DNA from: Gammaproteobacteria bacterium
GTDB taxonomy: Bacteria > Pseudomonadota > Gammaproteobacteria > Steroidobacterales > Rariloculaceae
Length of the DNA stretch: 61,655 bases
Direction of reading: 5' to 3'
Assembly (NCBI GenBank): GCA_035760685.1
Contig: DASTSM010000349.1
Location: 1-61,655 of the forward strand
Part shown: positions 25,437-34,849 of the stretch, piece by piece
Layout of the letters: each line of letters opens with the position of its first letter
Position numbering within the stretch: position 1 is the first letter of the stretch
Notes under the pieces: generated by a model
What the model was told of the DNA's origin: nothing
Databases searched by the model: none
Seen by the model: the letters and a program-made list of their open reading frames with translations, nothing else
Translations under genes and position numbers: made by a program

Positions 25437-26381
25437 TTGGGCGCCTTCTTCAAATTCGCTTGCGCGGTCGTCGCGCCCTTGCTGCTTTTCGGCTGCAGCG
25501 TCGTTCCGGCACTCCAGTCGGCGCCCGGGAGATACGAGGTCGAGCATCGGCGCATCAAGAGCGAGAGCCGCGACCTGCAGGTCACCTACGTGCGCCCCTC
25601 CGAGCGGCGGCCGCCGGCCTACTGCGTCGTCTTCGTGACCGGAGACGGCGGCTGGCACGGCGTCAGCACCGATCTGTTCGAGCACCTCGCGCAGCAGGGC
25701 TACGCGATCGCGGGATTCAGCGGACGGGAGATCGTGGCGCCGATGCGGCGGAGCGGGCAGCGCATCCCGCGCGCCGTCGCCGCGGAGCGGTTGGCCGGCG
25801 CCTTCACGAGGGCGAGGCGCGCCCTCGGTTTCGCCGACACGACTCCGATGATCGTGGTCGGCTTCTCGCGCGGGGCGACCATCGTCGCCTTCGCGGCCGT
25901 GCATCCCGAGCTGCATGACGGGATCGCGGGCGCCGTCGCGATCTCGCTGACGCGCGAGGCGGACTATCTGCGCGCCGCCGAAGGGGATGACCGGACGCCC
26001 GGAATCGAGCTCGACTCGAAGGGACGCATCCAAATCTATCCCGCGCTGAAGCTGTTCGGCGCGACGCGAGTCGCGGTCATCGAGTCGACGAGCGACCGGT
26101 ACGTGCCGGCCGCCGAGGCGCGCGAGCTGCTCGGGCCGGACACGGCGACGCGCCGCCTCTTTGCCGTCGACGCGAAGAATCATCGATTCCGCGGCGGCAG
26201 CGAGAAGCTGCTGCACGATGTCGACGCCGCCCTCGAGTGGATCGAGTCCGCCGGCGCCGCGAAGTCGACGGCCGCGGCGGGTTCCGACGAAGGGGCCGAG
26301 GAGTCGGCCGCAGCGGCGGCTTCGGACGAAGCTGCCGCGGAGTCCGCAGCGCCGGCTTCGGACGACGTGCGGCGTTACTGA
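25437..26381 (+). CDS. VirJ/AcvB-like alpha/beta-hydrolase lipoprotein
   Basis: TTG start. Lipobox LLLFG|C. VFVTGDGGWHGV is the signature I associate with the VirJ/AcvB family. It has a low-complexity acidic Ala/Ser/Glu tail. Confidence 0.65.
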   Translation: MGAFFKFACAVVAPLLLFGCSVVPALQSAPGRYEVEHRRIKSESRDLQVTYVRPSERRPPAYCVVFVTGDGGWHGVSTDLFEHLAQQGYAIAGFSGREIVAPMRRSGQRIPRAVAAERLAGAFTRARRALGFADTTPMIVVGFSRGATIVAFAAVHPELHDGIAGAVAISLTREADYLRAAEGDDRTPGIELDSKGRIQIYPALKLFGATRVAVIESTSDRYVPAAEARELLGPDTATRRLFAVDAKNHRFRGGSEKLLHDVDAALEWIESAGAAKSTAAAGSDEGAEESAAAAASDEAAAESAAPASDDVRRY

Positions 26382-26429
26382 TAGGGCCTCTCCCCGAGCG
26401 CCCGCAACCTGCCGTACACTGCGCTCCCT

Positions 26430-27152
26430 ATGGGAAGGATTTTCGAAGTCCGCAAGGCGACGATGTTCGCGCGCTGGGACCGCATGTCCAAGCAGTTCTC
26501 GCGCCTCTCCAAGGACATCATCGTCGCGGTCAAGGCCGGCGGGCCGGACCCGCAGGGGAATCCGGCGTTACGCCGCGCCGTCCAGAACGCGCGGCAGATC
26601 AACATGCCGAAAGACAAGGTCGAAGCCGCGATCAAGCGCGCGCTCGGCAAGGACGCGACGAGCTACGAGCAGATCGTCTATGAAGGCTACGCTCCGCACG
26701 GCGTCGCCATCATGGTCGAGGCCGCGACCGACAACCCGACGCGCACGGTCGCGTCGCTGCGCTCGATCTTCTCGAAGGGCGGCGGCAATCTCGGCACGAC
26801 CGGCAGCGTCGGTTTCCAGTTCCGCAAGATGGGCGTCTTTCGGCTGAACCCGGACGGCATCGATCAGGACGACCTCGAGCTCTACCTCATCGATCACGGC
26901 CTCGAGGAAATGGGCGAAAGCACGGGCGACAAGGGCGAGCCGCAGATCGTCGCGCGCTGCCTATTTGCCGATTTCGGCCGCATGCAGGAGGCGCTCGAGG
27001 AGCGCGGCATCGTGCCGATCTCGGCGGCGCACGAATACGTCTGCCTCGCGCCCGTCGAGCTGCCGGAGGATCAAGCCGACGAGGTCATGGCGCTCATCGA
27101 CAAGCTTGAGCAGGACGACGACGTCCAGAGCGTCTACCACTCTCTCGCGTAG
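26430..27152 (+). CDS. YebC/PmpR-family DNA-binding transcriptional regulator
   Basis: 240 aa: [62 protein letters not shown]. This is the canonical YebC/TACO1 N-terminus. Confidence 0.9.
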   Translation: MGRIFEVRKATMFARWDRMSKQFSRLSKDIIVAVKAGGPDPQGNPALRRAVQNARQINMPKDKVEAAIKRALGKDATSYEQIVYEGYAPHGVAIMVEAATDNPTRTVASLRSIFSKGGGNLGTTGSVGFQFRKMGVFRLNPDGIDQDDLELYLIDHGLEEMGESTGDKGEPQIVARCLFADFGRMQEALEERGIVPISAAHEYVCLAPVELPEDQADEVMALIDKLEQDDDVQSVYHSLA

Positions 27153-27751
27153 CGATCTCGCTCGATCGCTCGCCCGCCAATCGCTCCGCCGCGTCCGTCG
27201 CTGCGGCGTGCACGCCGGCGAGCCAAGCACAGCCCGCCGAGCCCGAGGCCCAGGAGGCCCATGGACGCGGGCTCGGGCACCGGCGCGGGCAGCGCCTCCG
27301 TGACCGTCGGCGTACCGGAGCCGAGGTGGCCGTTGCCGAACGAGTAGGTGAAGTAGTGGGCGAAGTTGGCAGGATTCCAGGCGATGTCCCAACCGATGCT
27401 TCGACTGCTGACTTGGCAGCCGAAGGCTTGGCAGTCGGTCCCGAACGTCGCGCCGGTCAACGCGCCGTTCGAATCGAAGACGAGCGACCCCGTGTTCGCG
27501 GTCGTCTCGTCGTATGAGATTCCGTTCCAAGTGAACGCGAGGTCCGTGAAGAGCCCGGCTCGACCCAGCAGGCCGCCGCCGGCGGGAATGACCGAGCTGT
27601 CGAACGAGAAGTATCCCGACGCGGTCGCGCCGGCCAGCGGCCCCGAGGACCCGCCGTCGACGGAGAAGTCGTAAGTGACCGGTAAGGAGTAGCCGGCGGT
27701 CGGGCCGGCCAAGAGCGCCGTGCCCAGCAAACTCAGGATCTTTGTTTTCAT
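27134..27751 (-). CDS. PEP-CTERM sorting-domain secreted protein
   Basis: Signal peptide [18 protein letters not shown]-terminal [26 protein letters not shown] shows the PEP motif, a TM helix and an Arg cluster. An unusual ~22-aa extension follows. It overlaps the yebC 3' end by 19 nt (convergent). Confidence 0.75.
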   Translation of the reverse strand: MKTKILSLLGTALLAGPTAGYSLPVTYDFSVDGGSSGPLAGATASGYFSFDSSVIPAGGGLLGRAGLFTDLAFTWNGISYDETTANTGSLVFDSNGALTGATFGTDCQAFGCQVSSRSIGWDIAWNPANFAHYFTYSFGNGHLGSGTPTVTEALPAPVPEPASMGLLGLGLGGLCLARRRARRSDGRGGAIGGRAIERDRYAREW

Positions 27752-27970
27752 TGTGGTGCCTGCTCGAGTTTCGCGATTGCCGCGGTTGTTTCATGACCGA
27801 GAGCAGTTTGTACAAGGCGCACCGATGACGACAGTCCCCTTTTAGGGGACCGCCCGGCCGCGCTTCGGCCTCACGAAGAGCAGACGCCGACGCGATGACG
27901 GCGTCCCGAGTCCGGATTCGAGAAGCTGCGAGCGTTCGGTGCGGCGGCTGCCGCGGCTGCCGCGGCTCGA

Positions 27971-29815
27971 CTAACGGTACGCCGCGGCCTGGAGGCCGTA
28001 GAGCTCCGAGTACTGGGCGCCGCGCGCCATGAGCTCGGCGTGAGTGCCGACCTCGACGACGCGCGCGCCGTCGAGCACGACGATGAGATCGGCCATGCGC
28101 ACCGTCGAGAAGCGGTGCGAGACGAGGATCGTGATGCGCCCGGCGCCGCGCGCCGCGGCGGCGTAGCGCTCGAAGAGCGCGTGCTCGGTCTCGGCGTCGA
28201 GCGCGGCCGTCGGCTCGTCGAGCGCGAGCAGCAGCGGCCGGTCCCGCATGAAGCCGCGCGCGAGCGCGAGCTTCTGCCATTGCCCGAACGAGACCTCGAC
28301 GCCGCCGGGCCACGTCGGCCCCAATTGCGTCTCGAGCCCGGCGGACAGCCGCGCGACGACGTCGTCGGCGCCCGCCCGGCTCACGGCCGTCGCGACGGCG
28401 GGCTCCTCGTCGAGCCTCGGAACGTCGCCGACGCCGACCGTGTGCCGCGCGCGGAACTCGAAGCGGAAGAAGTCCTGAAACGCGCCCGCGAGCCGCTCCC
28501 GCCACTCGTCGGCCCGCACGCGCGCGAGCGGCACGTCGTCGACGAAGATCGCGCCCGAGGTCGGCTCGTACATCTTCGCGAGCAGCTTCACGAGCGTCGT
28601 CTTGCCGGCGCCGTTTTCGCCGACGATCGCGACGACCGAGCCGGCCGGCAGCGTGAGCGTCACGTCCTCGAGCGCGAGGCGCGACGTGCCGGTATAGGCG
28701 AACGACACGTGCTCGAAACGAATGCCGGAGCGGATCGCCTCGGGCACGGGCCGGTCCGCGCGCGCCGCGAGCGCGGCCGCGTAGTCCTCGAGCCACGCGA
28801 GCCGGCGCGAGCCGTCCATCCAGAAGCCGCGCAGGAACCCGATCTCCGCGACGGCGGCGCCGACGTAGGCCGAGAGCCGAGATCCCGCGGCGAGCACGAG
28901 AAGCACTTGCGCCGGGGGCGCGTGCAGGCCGGCCGAGACGAAGACGATCGCGCCGACGTAGGCGCAGCCGAAGACGGTCCACGCGAGCGCGTGCCAAACG
29001 GCGGAGCCGGCGCGCGCGGCCGCGACGGGCCGGTAGCCGCGCTCCCACGCCGCGCGCCGCTCGGCCGCGAGCCGCGCGCCGATGCGCGTGACGCGCACCT
29101 CCTTGCCGGGCGGCGCCGTGGTCGCCAGCGTGAACAAGTGCCGCGCGAGCCGATTCGCCTGCGCGCCGCGCTCGAGCGCTTCGCGCTCGACGACGGGGCG
29201 CCACGTCGACGTCAGGACCGTCGGCAGCGCGAACACGGCCAGCAGCGCGAGGCCGGCGTGGATCGACATCAAGAGCGCGAGCGTCACGCCGAGCCGCAGC
29301 AGCCAGGCGCAGGTCGAGAACACCGACATGTACATGTGATCGAGCACGAAGACCTGATCGCGCAGCATCGCGAGCCGATCGAGATATTCGGGCCGCTCGT
29401 GATGTGCGATCGTCGCGACGGTCGCCTGCAGCCGCGCGACGTGCGACTCGAGCGCGATCGTGACCTTGTCTCGGAAGCGCCGCTGCACGCGCGTGCTGAC
29501 CGTGTTCAGGAACCACGTGAGCGTCGTGGAGACGCCGAGCCCGATCGCCGCGCCGCCGACGAGCGCGCCGTTGCCGTCGACGATGCCCTTGCCGAGCAGC
29601 ATGAGCCAGAGCGCGAGCAGCGCGTCCGGCAGCGCCGCGAGCTGCGAGAGTACGAACGCCGTGACCATGAGCCTCGGCTCGTGCTTAAGGCCCAGCTTGC
29701 AGAGGCGCCACATCGAAGACAGCGCGGGCGGCAGCGGATCGAGCGGCGCGGCCGGGCGGGCCGAATCGCCGGCCGTCGCGTCGCTCGAACGCGTCGCTTC
29801 ACTCGAGGACGTCAT
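27971..29815 (-). CDS. ABC exporter, fused permease/ATP-binding subunit (degenerate-signature half of a heterodimer)
   Basis: 614 aa. N-terminal 6-TM domain. NBD with Walker A GENGAGKTTL and Walker B LLALDEPTAALD. The signature is VSFGQWQK instead of LSGGQ. Confidence 0.88.
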   Translation of the reverse strand: MTSSSEATRSSDATAGDSARPAAPLDPLPPALSSMWRLCKLGLKHEPRLMVTAFVLSQLAALPDALLALWLMLLGKGIVDGNGALVGGAAIGLGVSTTLTWFLNTVSTRVQRRFRDKVTIALESHVARLQATVATIAHHERPEYLDRLAMLRDQVFVLDHMYMSVFSTCAWLLRLGVTLALLMSIHAGLALLAVFALPTVLTSTWRPVVEREALERGAQANRLARHLFTLATTAPPGKEVRVTRIGARLAAERRAAWERGYRPVAAARAGSAVWHALAWTVFGCAYVGAIVFVSAGLHAPPAQVLLVLAAGSRLSAYVGAAVAEIGFLRGFWMDGSRRLAWLEDYAAALAARADRPVPEAIRSGIRFEHVSFAYTGTSRLALEDVTLTLPAGSVVAIVGENGAGKTTLVKLLAKMYEPTSGAIFVDDVPLARVRADEWRERLAGAFQDFFRFEFRARHTVGVGDVPRLDEEPAVATAVSRAGADDVVARLSAGLETQLGPTWPGGVEVSFGQWQKLALARGFMRDRPLLLALDEPTAALDAETEHALFERYAAAARGAGRITILVSHRFSTVRMADLIVVLDGARVVEVGTHAELMARGAQYSELYGLQAAAYR

Positions 29816-31649
29816 AAGGGACTCCGAGCTCTTCCTGCGCCGTGAAGCGCTGCGCCTGCAGATCGAACATCGTGCGATAACGCCCGCCGAGCGCCATGAG
29901 CTCGCCGTGCGTGCCGAGCTCGATGACGCGCCCGTGCTCGAGCACGCAGATGCGGTCGGCGTGCCGCACGGTCGAGAAGCGATGCGAGATCAGGATCGTC
30001 GTCGCGTGCCGCGTCGCCGCGAGGATCCGGTTGAATATCTCGGCCTCGCCGCGCACGTCGAGCTGCGCCGTCGGCTCGTCGAGCAGGACGACTCGCGCGC
30101 CGAGCTCCACGGCGCAGAGCGCTCGCGCGAGCGCGACGCGCTGCCACTGGCCGCCGGATAGATCCGTGCCCTCGTCGTAGCCGCGCGCGAGCACCGTGTC
30201 GAGACTCGCGAGGTGCGCCGCGCCGGCGGCTTCGAGGGCGCGCAGGATCGCATCGTGCGGCGCGCCGGCGGGGGCGACGTTCTCGCGCAGACTCAGCTCG
30301 AAGCGGATGAAGTCCTGAAAGACGGCGGCGAGCCGCTGCCGCCATTCGCCGAGATCGAACGCTCGAAGATCGACGCCGTCGATCTCGATCGCGCCCGTTT
30401 GCGGATCGTAGAGCCGGCACAAGAGCTTCGCGAGCGTCGTCTTGCCGGCGCCGTTCTGGCCGACGATCGCGAGCGAGGAGCCCGCGGGGATCGTGAGGTC
30501 GAAGCGCTCGAGCACGGGTGCGCCGCCGGGATAGGCGAACGTCACGTCGCGAAAACGGATCTCGCGGCGAGGGAGCCCGGCCGCGCGGCGCGTGCCGGAG
30601 GTCAGCGCGCCGGCGGGCGCCATCGCGGGCTCGAGCCGCAGCACGGCGTCGACGGGCGCCGAGGCGCCGTCGAGCGCCCAATTCAGACCGCCGAATGCGA
30701 TCGCAGACGTGCCGATCGCCGCTTGCGCGAAGATCACGGCCTGCTGGAGATCGAGCGAGCCGCCGAGGACGCCGCTCGCGAGCGTCCAAAACACGAAGAC
30801 GTTCGCCGCCGTCACGACGAGCAGGCACCACGCGACGGGCTTCTCGCGCAGGCGCGTCGCTTCGTACTGGAGCCGATGCAGAAGTGTACGGCGGGCCACG
30901 AACCGCTCGATCGTCCACGGCGCGAGACCGAACAGGCGAAGCTCCTTCGCGGGCGCGGGATCCACGGCGAGCCGATAGGCGTAGTCGGCGTCGCGTTGGG
31001 CGGCGCGCACCTGCTCGGTGTTCCGGTCGCGCCAGACTCCGCTCTCGCGGAGCAGCCAATGCGTGGCGAGCCATCCGCCGCCGAGCACGAGCGGCGCCCA
31101 CCAGGCGTACGCGAACAGCACGGCCGCGCTCGCGAGGCCCCCGAGCAGCATCACGAGGCCGCCGGCGATGAAATCCATCGCGATCGAGAGGGGCGGGCCC
31201 GTCATGCCGAGGTCGAAGTCGCGCGCGACGGTGAGATCGGCCGTCAGCTGCGGATTCTCGAGATGGCCCATGCCTTCGGGCCGCACGCAAGCGTCGGTCA
31301 AGCGGTCGTAGAGCCAAGCCGCGGAGCGATCGCCGAGGTTCGCGCTGAGCGCCTGATGAATCGGCGCGAGCACTTGGAGCAGCACGAACAGCGCCCCGAC
31401 GATCGAGAGCGGTGCGGCCAGCGGCTCGCCGCGTTGCACGGCGCCGACGAGAAGGCCCATCGCGATCGCGAATCCGGCCGGCAGCAGGCCTCGCGTTACG
31501 AGCACCGCCCACCACGCGAGCGCGAGCGGCCGATCGGTGCGCGAGAGGACCGCGAAAAACCGCCATTCCTTACGCTCGCGCAGTTCTTTGAACGTCACGG
31601 CAGGCCCCCGGCCGCGGAGACGGTTTTTATGGTCGACAAATAGTGCCAT
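29799..31649 (-). CDS. ABC exporter, fused permease/ATP-binding subunit (consensus half)
   Basis: 616 aa from the internal ATG at 31649 (the start is uncertain). Walker A GQNGAGKTTL, signature LSGGQWQRVALARAL, Walker B VVLLDEPTAQLD. It overlaps the downstream partner by 17 nt. Confidence 0.85.
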   Translation of the reverse strand: MALFVDHKNRLRGRGPAVTFKELRERKEWRFFAVLSRTDRPLALAWWAVLVTRGLLPAGFAIAMGLLVGAVQRGEPLAAPLSIVGALFVLLQVLAPIHQALSANLGDRSAAWLYDRLTDACVRPEGMGHLENPQLTADLTVARDFDLGMTGPPLSIAMDFIAGGLVMLLGGLASAAVLFAYAWWAPLVLGGGWLATHWLLRESGVWRDRNTEQVRAAQRDADYAYRLAVDPAPAKELRLFGLAPWTIERFVARRTLLHRLQYEATRLREKPVAWCLLVVTAANVFVFWTLASGVLGGSLDLQQAVIFAQAAIGTSAIAFGGLNWALDGASAPVDAVLRLEPAMAPAGALTSGTRRAAGLPRREIRFRDVTFAYPGGAPVLERFDLTIPAGSSLAIVGQNGAGKTTLAKLLCRLYDPQTGAIEIDGVDLRAFDLGEWRQRLAAVFQDFIRFELSLRENVAPAGAPHDAILRALEAAGAAHLASLDTVLARGYDEGTDLSGGQWQRVALARALCAVELGARVVLLDEPTAQLDVRGEAEIFNRILAATRHATTILISHRFSTVRHADRICVLEHGRVIELGTHGELMALGGRYRTMFDLQAQRFTAQEELGVPYDVLE

Positions 31650-31698
31650 AGACGTACCATGAAAATGCAGGGCAGGCCGACGGCAGAAGGAAGTTTGT

Positions 31699-32646
31699 AT
31701 GAAGCATCGACTGTGCATGGTTGCGGCGCTCGCGGCGCTTTCGATCGGGGCGCAGCCCGCTCCGGCGCAACCGGGTTCCGCGGCGGCGGAGTCCCGTGCA
31801 GCGGCGGCGCCATCAGGCGCAGCGGCGGCGCAATCGGGTTCCGTGGCGGCGCAGTCGGGCGCAGCGGCGGCGCAGTCGGGCGCAGCGGGGGCGCAGTCGC
31901 GCTCCGCGAGCGCGGAGTCGCGTCCCGCGCGGGCGCAAGCGCCGGCGGGGCCGGCCCCCCGCCGCGCGGACGGCCGCGTTTTGCTCGGCGGCGCGGGGCC
32001 CGACGACAAAGGCGTTTGGACCCCGATCTTCGGCGTCGGCAAGCCCCTCAAGGACCTCGACGAAGTGCCGTTCCAGAAGTGGGCGCGCGCGCAGTACGAC
32101 TCGCGGCTCGTCACGCAAATGGAGCCGCATACGCGCTGCAAGCCCTCGGGGGCCTTGCGGCAGTTCCAGACGCCGTACGGCGTCGAGATCGACGAGTTCC
32201 CGCAGATCAAGCGAGTCTATATCTTCGATATCGGCGGTCCCCATACGTTTCGCACCGTGTACATGGACGGCCGCTCCCATCCGAGGGACTTCACGCCGAC
32301 CTACTACGGCCACACGATCGGCTGGTGGGACGGCGACACGCTCGTCATGGACACGGTCGGCTACAACGAGGGGTTCTGGCCCGACCGGCGCGGGCTGCCG
32401 CATACGACCGCGCTGCACACGGTCGAGCGACTCACGCGGCTCGATGCGCGCACGATGAAATACGAGATCACGTTCGATGACCCGGGCGCCTACACGGCGC
32501 CGTGGACGGCGACGTTCAACCTGCGCTGGGAAGCGGGCACGGAGCTCTACGAGTACATTTGCCAGGAGGCGAACGAAGCCGGGAAGCTGCTCGTCGGCAC
32601 GAGCGGTGCGAAATCGGTGGACCGGACGAGCCGCATCGTACCGTGA
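31699..32646 (+). CDS. Secreted hypothetical protein with an N-terminal heptad low-complexity linker
   Basis: ATG 31699 preceded by GAAGG. Signal peptide MKHRLCMVAALAALSIGAQPAPA. It has 7x7-aa Ala/Ser/Gln repeats, then a globular domain (WTPIFGVGKPLKDL..., YYGHTIGWWDGDTLVMDTVGYN). I cannot name the domain. Confidence 0.7.
   Translation: MKHRLCMVAALAALSIGAQPAPAQPGSAAAESRAAAAPSGAAAAQSGSVAAQSGAAAAQSGAAGAQSRSASAESRPARAQAPAGPAPRRADGRVLLGGAGPDDKGVWTPIFGVGKPLKDLDEVPFQKWARAQYDSRLVTQMEPHTRCKPSGALRQFQTPYGVEIDEFPQIKRVYIFDIGGPHTFRTVYMDGRSHPRDFTPTYYGHTIGWWDGDTLVMDTVGYNEGFWPDRRGLPHTTALHTVERLTRLDARTMKYEITFDDPGAYTAPWTATFNLRWEAGTELYEYICQEANEAGKLLVGTSGAKSVDRTSRIVP
31777..31923 (+). repeat. Seven tandem 21-bp units encoding (S/A)AAA(Q/E/P)S(G/R)
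   Basis: The units begin at 31777, 31798, 31819, 31840, 31861, 31882 and 31903. The best copies are GCAGCGGCGGCGCAGTCGGGC at 31861-31881 and near-identical neighbours. Confidence 0.75.
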
Positions 32647-32696
32647 GCGGCGCTACGCGCCTTTGCCCACGGCGCTGCGCGTCCTTGTCCACGGCG

Positions 32697-34013
32697 CTAC
32701 CTGCCTTTCTCCGGCACGAGTCTGAGGATGCGTGCGTCGCGAGGCGCATCCGTCAGCACATACAACGCCCCGTCGGGGCCCGTGTGCACGTCGCGAAAGC
32801 GGGTGTCGAGCTCCGTCAGCAACCGCTCCTCGGCGACGACTCTTTGCCGGCTGCCGTCGAGCACGAGGCGGACCACGTGCTTGCCCGCCATCGCCGCGAC
32901 GAACAAGTCGCCTTTCCAGGCCGGGAATAGGTCGCCCGTATAGAACTCAATTCCCGAAGGCGCGATCGACGGCGTCCAGAAATAAACGGGCTGCTCCATG
33001 CCTGCTTTCGCGGTCAAGCCGTCGTTGATTGCGGCGCCCGTGTACTCGTGCCCGTAACTGATGATCGGAAAGCCGTAGTTCTTGCCTTTCTCGATGCGAT
33101 TGATCTCATCTCCGCCTCTCGGCCCGTTTTCGCTGGCCCAGAGCCCGCCGGTGAGCGGATCGATCGCGATCCCCTGATCTTCCCGGAGCCCGTAGGCGTA
33201 GATCTCGGGATAGGCCCCGGACGCGTCGACGAACGGATTGTCCGACGGGACGGTGCCGTCGGAATCGATGTGCAGCACTTTGCCCATGCGGCTGTCGAGG
33301 CGCTGCGGCTGCGGCCAATCCGACGAGTTGATGCCGACGCCCGCGGGGATTCCCGACGTCACGAAAAGCGAGCCGTCAGCGGCCTGGACGAATCTACCTT
33401 CGATGCCTTCCGTGTCCAGCAGGACTTCGACGTCCTCGAGGCGCTTCATGTCGTCGGACAAATGCGCGCGCGCCACGTACTGAATGCCGGCCAAGCGCGG
33501 CGGCGGATCGGCAAGAGGCCCGTGCGGCGGCGCCGTGTAGCTGAAGTAAATGATGCGGTTGGACGAGAAGTCCCGGTCCGGCCTCACGTGCAAGAGTCCT
33601 TGCGGGCCCTGGGTCCAAATCTCCGGAAGACCGGCGATCGGCTCTCCGATCTCGCCGTCTCGCGCGATGCGCATGTGACCCGTTCGCCGCTCCGTCAGCA
33701 CGATGGAGCCGTCGGGCAGGAAGGCGAAGGAGAAGCCGCCTTCGATGCCCGAGACGACCGTCTCGACTTCGTAGCGCTCTCGATGCGCCGGAAGCGGCGC
33801 CCGAGTCTGGCCCAGCCACTGGGGAATCGGGGCGTATCCGTCGGCGGCCGCGCTGCCGCCGGCGGCGTTCGGATCCGGCGCGGCCGACGGGCGCGGGGGG
33901 TTCGGCTCTGACGCAGCGCTCGAATCGCTCTGAGCATGAGCGCTCGACAGTGCCGCTCCGAGAACCAGGATCGACACCGACGCCGTTCGCCGCAAGACAC
34001 GTTCCGTCCTCAT
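32697..34013 (-). CDS. PQQ-dependent sugar dehydrogenase (soluble aldose/sorbosone dehydrogenase-like, YliI family)
   Basis: 438 aa. It has a signal peptide and a Pro/Ala-rich linker. Beta-propeller motifs include GLLHVRPDRDF, NRIIYFSYT, WASENGPRGGDEINRIEKGKNYGFPIISYGHEY and GPDGALYVLTD. Confidence 0.85.
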   Translation of the reverse strand: MRTERVLRRTASVSILVLGAALSSAHAQSDSSAASEPNPPRPSAAPDPNAAGGSAAADGYAPIPQWLGQTRAPLPAHRERYEVETVVSGIEGGFSFAFLPDGSIVLTERRTGHMRIARDGEIGEPIAGLPEIWTQGPQGLLHVRPDRDFSSNRIIYFSYTAPPHGPLADPPPRLAGIQYVARAHLSDDMKRLEDVEVLLDTEGIEGRFVQAADGSLFVTSGIPAGVGINSSDWPQPQRLDSRMGKVLHIDSDGTVPSDNPFVDASGAYPEIYAYGLREDQGIAIDPLTGGLWASENGPRGGDEINRIEKGKNYGFPIISYGHEYTGAAINDGLTAKAGMEQPVYFWTPSIAPSGIEFYTGDLFPAWKGDLFVAAMAGKHVVRLVLDGSRQRVVAEERLLTELDTRFRDVHTGPDGALYVLTDAPRDARILRLVPEKGR

Positions 34014-34058
34014 GAGCCGAGGAGCCTAAGCAGGCAAGGGAACCGGGTCAACGAGGGC

Positions 34059-34754
34059 CTACGCGTCTTGCGTCGACCTGGCCGTCAACGAGCGCGAGCG
34101 CGGGCGCGCGGCTTTTCCAGCCCGAGCCGCCGATCCGGACAGACGTTCGATGACGAGACGGAGCTGCTTCGCATAGGACTCCGTGAACTCGGCCGAGCCC
34201 GAGTCCGTCTTCGGGCCGAAGATGCTTCTCACGACGTGCGGCAGCGCGACCGGCGCAATGGCGGCCGCCATGAATATGAGCTGGAAATAGCGCACGTCGA
34301 GCTCCTCGGGCAGCTCGCCGGCCGCCTGCCGGCGCAGCAGATCCTCGGTGCCCGTCTGCATGCGCGCGGAGCGGGCGGCCGCGCCCGGATCCTGCGCGTC
34401 CTGCGTCAGGCCTTCCCAGACGAGCAGGCGCGCGAGCTCCTGCTCCTCGCGTCCGCGCGCGATGAAGCTCGCGGCGAGCTCGGCAAGGGACATTTCGGCC
34501 TGGGCCGGCGCCGCGGCGTTCTGCCCCTCGAGCCACCGCTCGGCGATCGCGCGGTAGAGCCCTTGCTTGCCGCCGAAGTAGTAAGAAATGAGCTGCTTGT
34601 TCACGCCCGCGCGCGCAGCGATCGCGCCGACTCGCGCGCCGGCGTAGCCGTGAGCCGAGAATTCGGCGGCCGCAGCCGAAAGAATTCGCGCCTTGCTGCG
34701 CTCGGGGTCTCGCTGACGCTCCTGCGGTGCTCGTCGTGCCATGCCGCGAAGCAT
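34059..34754 (-). CDS. TetR/AcrR-family transcriptional regulator
   Basis: HTH: ILSAAAAEFSAHGYAGARVGAIAARAGVNKQLISYYFGGKQGLY. The start is ATG 34754 or ATG 34742. It is divergent from the monooxygenase gene. Confidence 0.85.
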   Translation of the reverse strand: MLRGMARRAPQERQRDPERSKARILSAAAAEFSAHGYAGARVGAIAARAGVNKQLISYYFGGKQGLYRAIAERWLEGQNAAAPAQAEMSLAELAASFIARGREEQELARLLVWEGLTQDAQDPGAAARSARMQTGTEDLLRRQAAGELPEELDVRYFQLIFMAAAIAPVALPHVVRSIFGPKTDSGSAEFTESYAKQLRLVIERLSGSAARAGKAARPRSRSLTARSTQDA

Positions 34755-34849
34755 ATCAAATTTATAGCTGATTGTCTCATACAAGCGATTGACGGTATCA
34801 TCCAACTGGCTGATAATGGCGCTCCGCACAATCCAGGAGCAAGCGAGCC
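34755..34849. promoter_or_regulatory. Divergent promoter/operator region between the TetR and FAD-monooxygenase genes
   Basis: A ~95-bp patch that is markedly AT-richer than its surroundings (ATATCAAATTTATAGCTGATTGTCTCATACAAGCGATTGACGGTATCATCC...GGCTGATAATGG). It contains repeated GCTGAT words. No -35/-10 boxes were mapped. Confidence 0.3.

Noticed and set aside
27752-27970. A sigma-54 (GG-N10-GC) promoter upstream of the PEP-CTERM genes. The 49860-50005 region was checked as well.
   Set aside because: No TGGCAC-N5-TTGC-like element was found on the coding strand by eye. The perfect hairpin GTCCCCTTTTAGGGGAC (~27833-27849) lacks a following T-run, so it was not called as a terminator.
31650-32210. 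An N-terminal extension of the ABC exporter ORF, which would give 803 aa starting at 32210.
   Set aside because: The extension is antisense to the well-supported secreted-protein gene. It reads through that gene's 21-bp repeats as (CAAAAPD)n-type low complexity. The exporter homology begins near ATG 31649.
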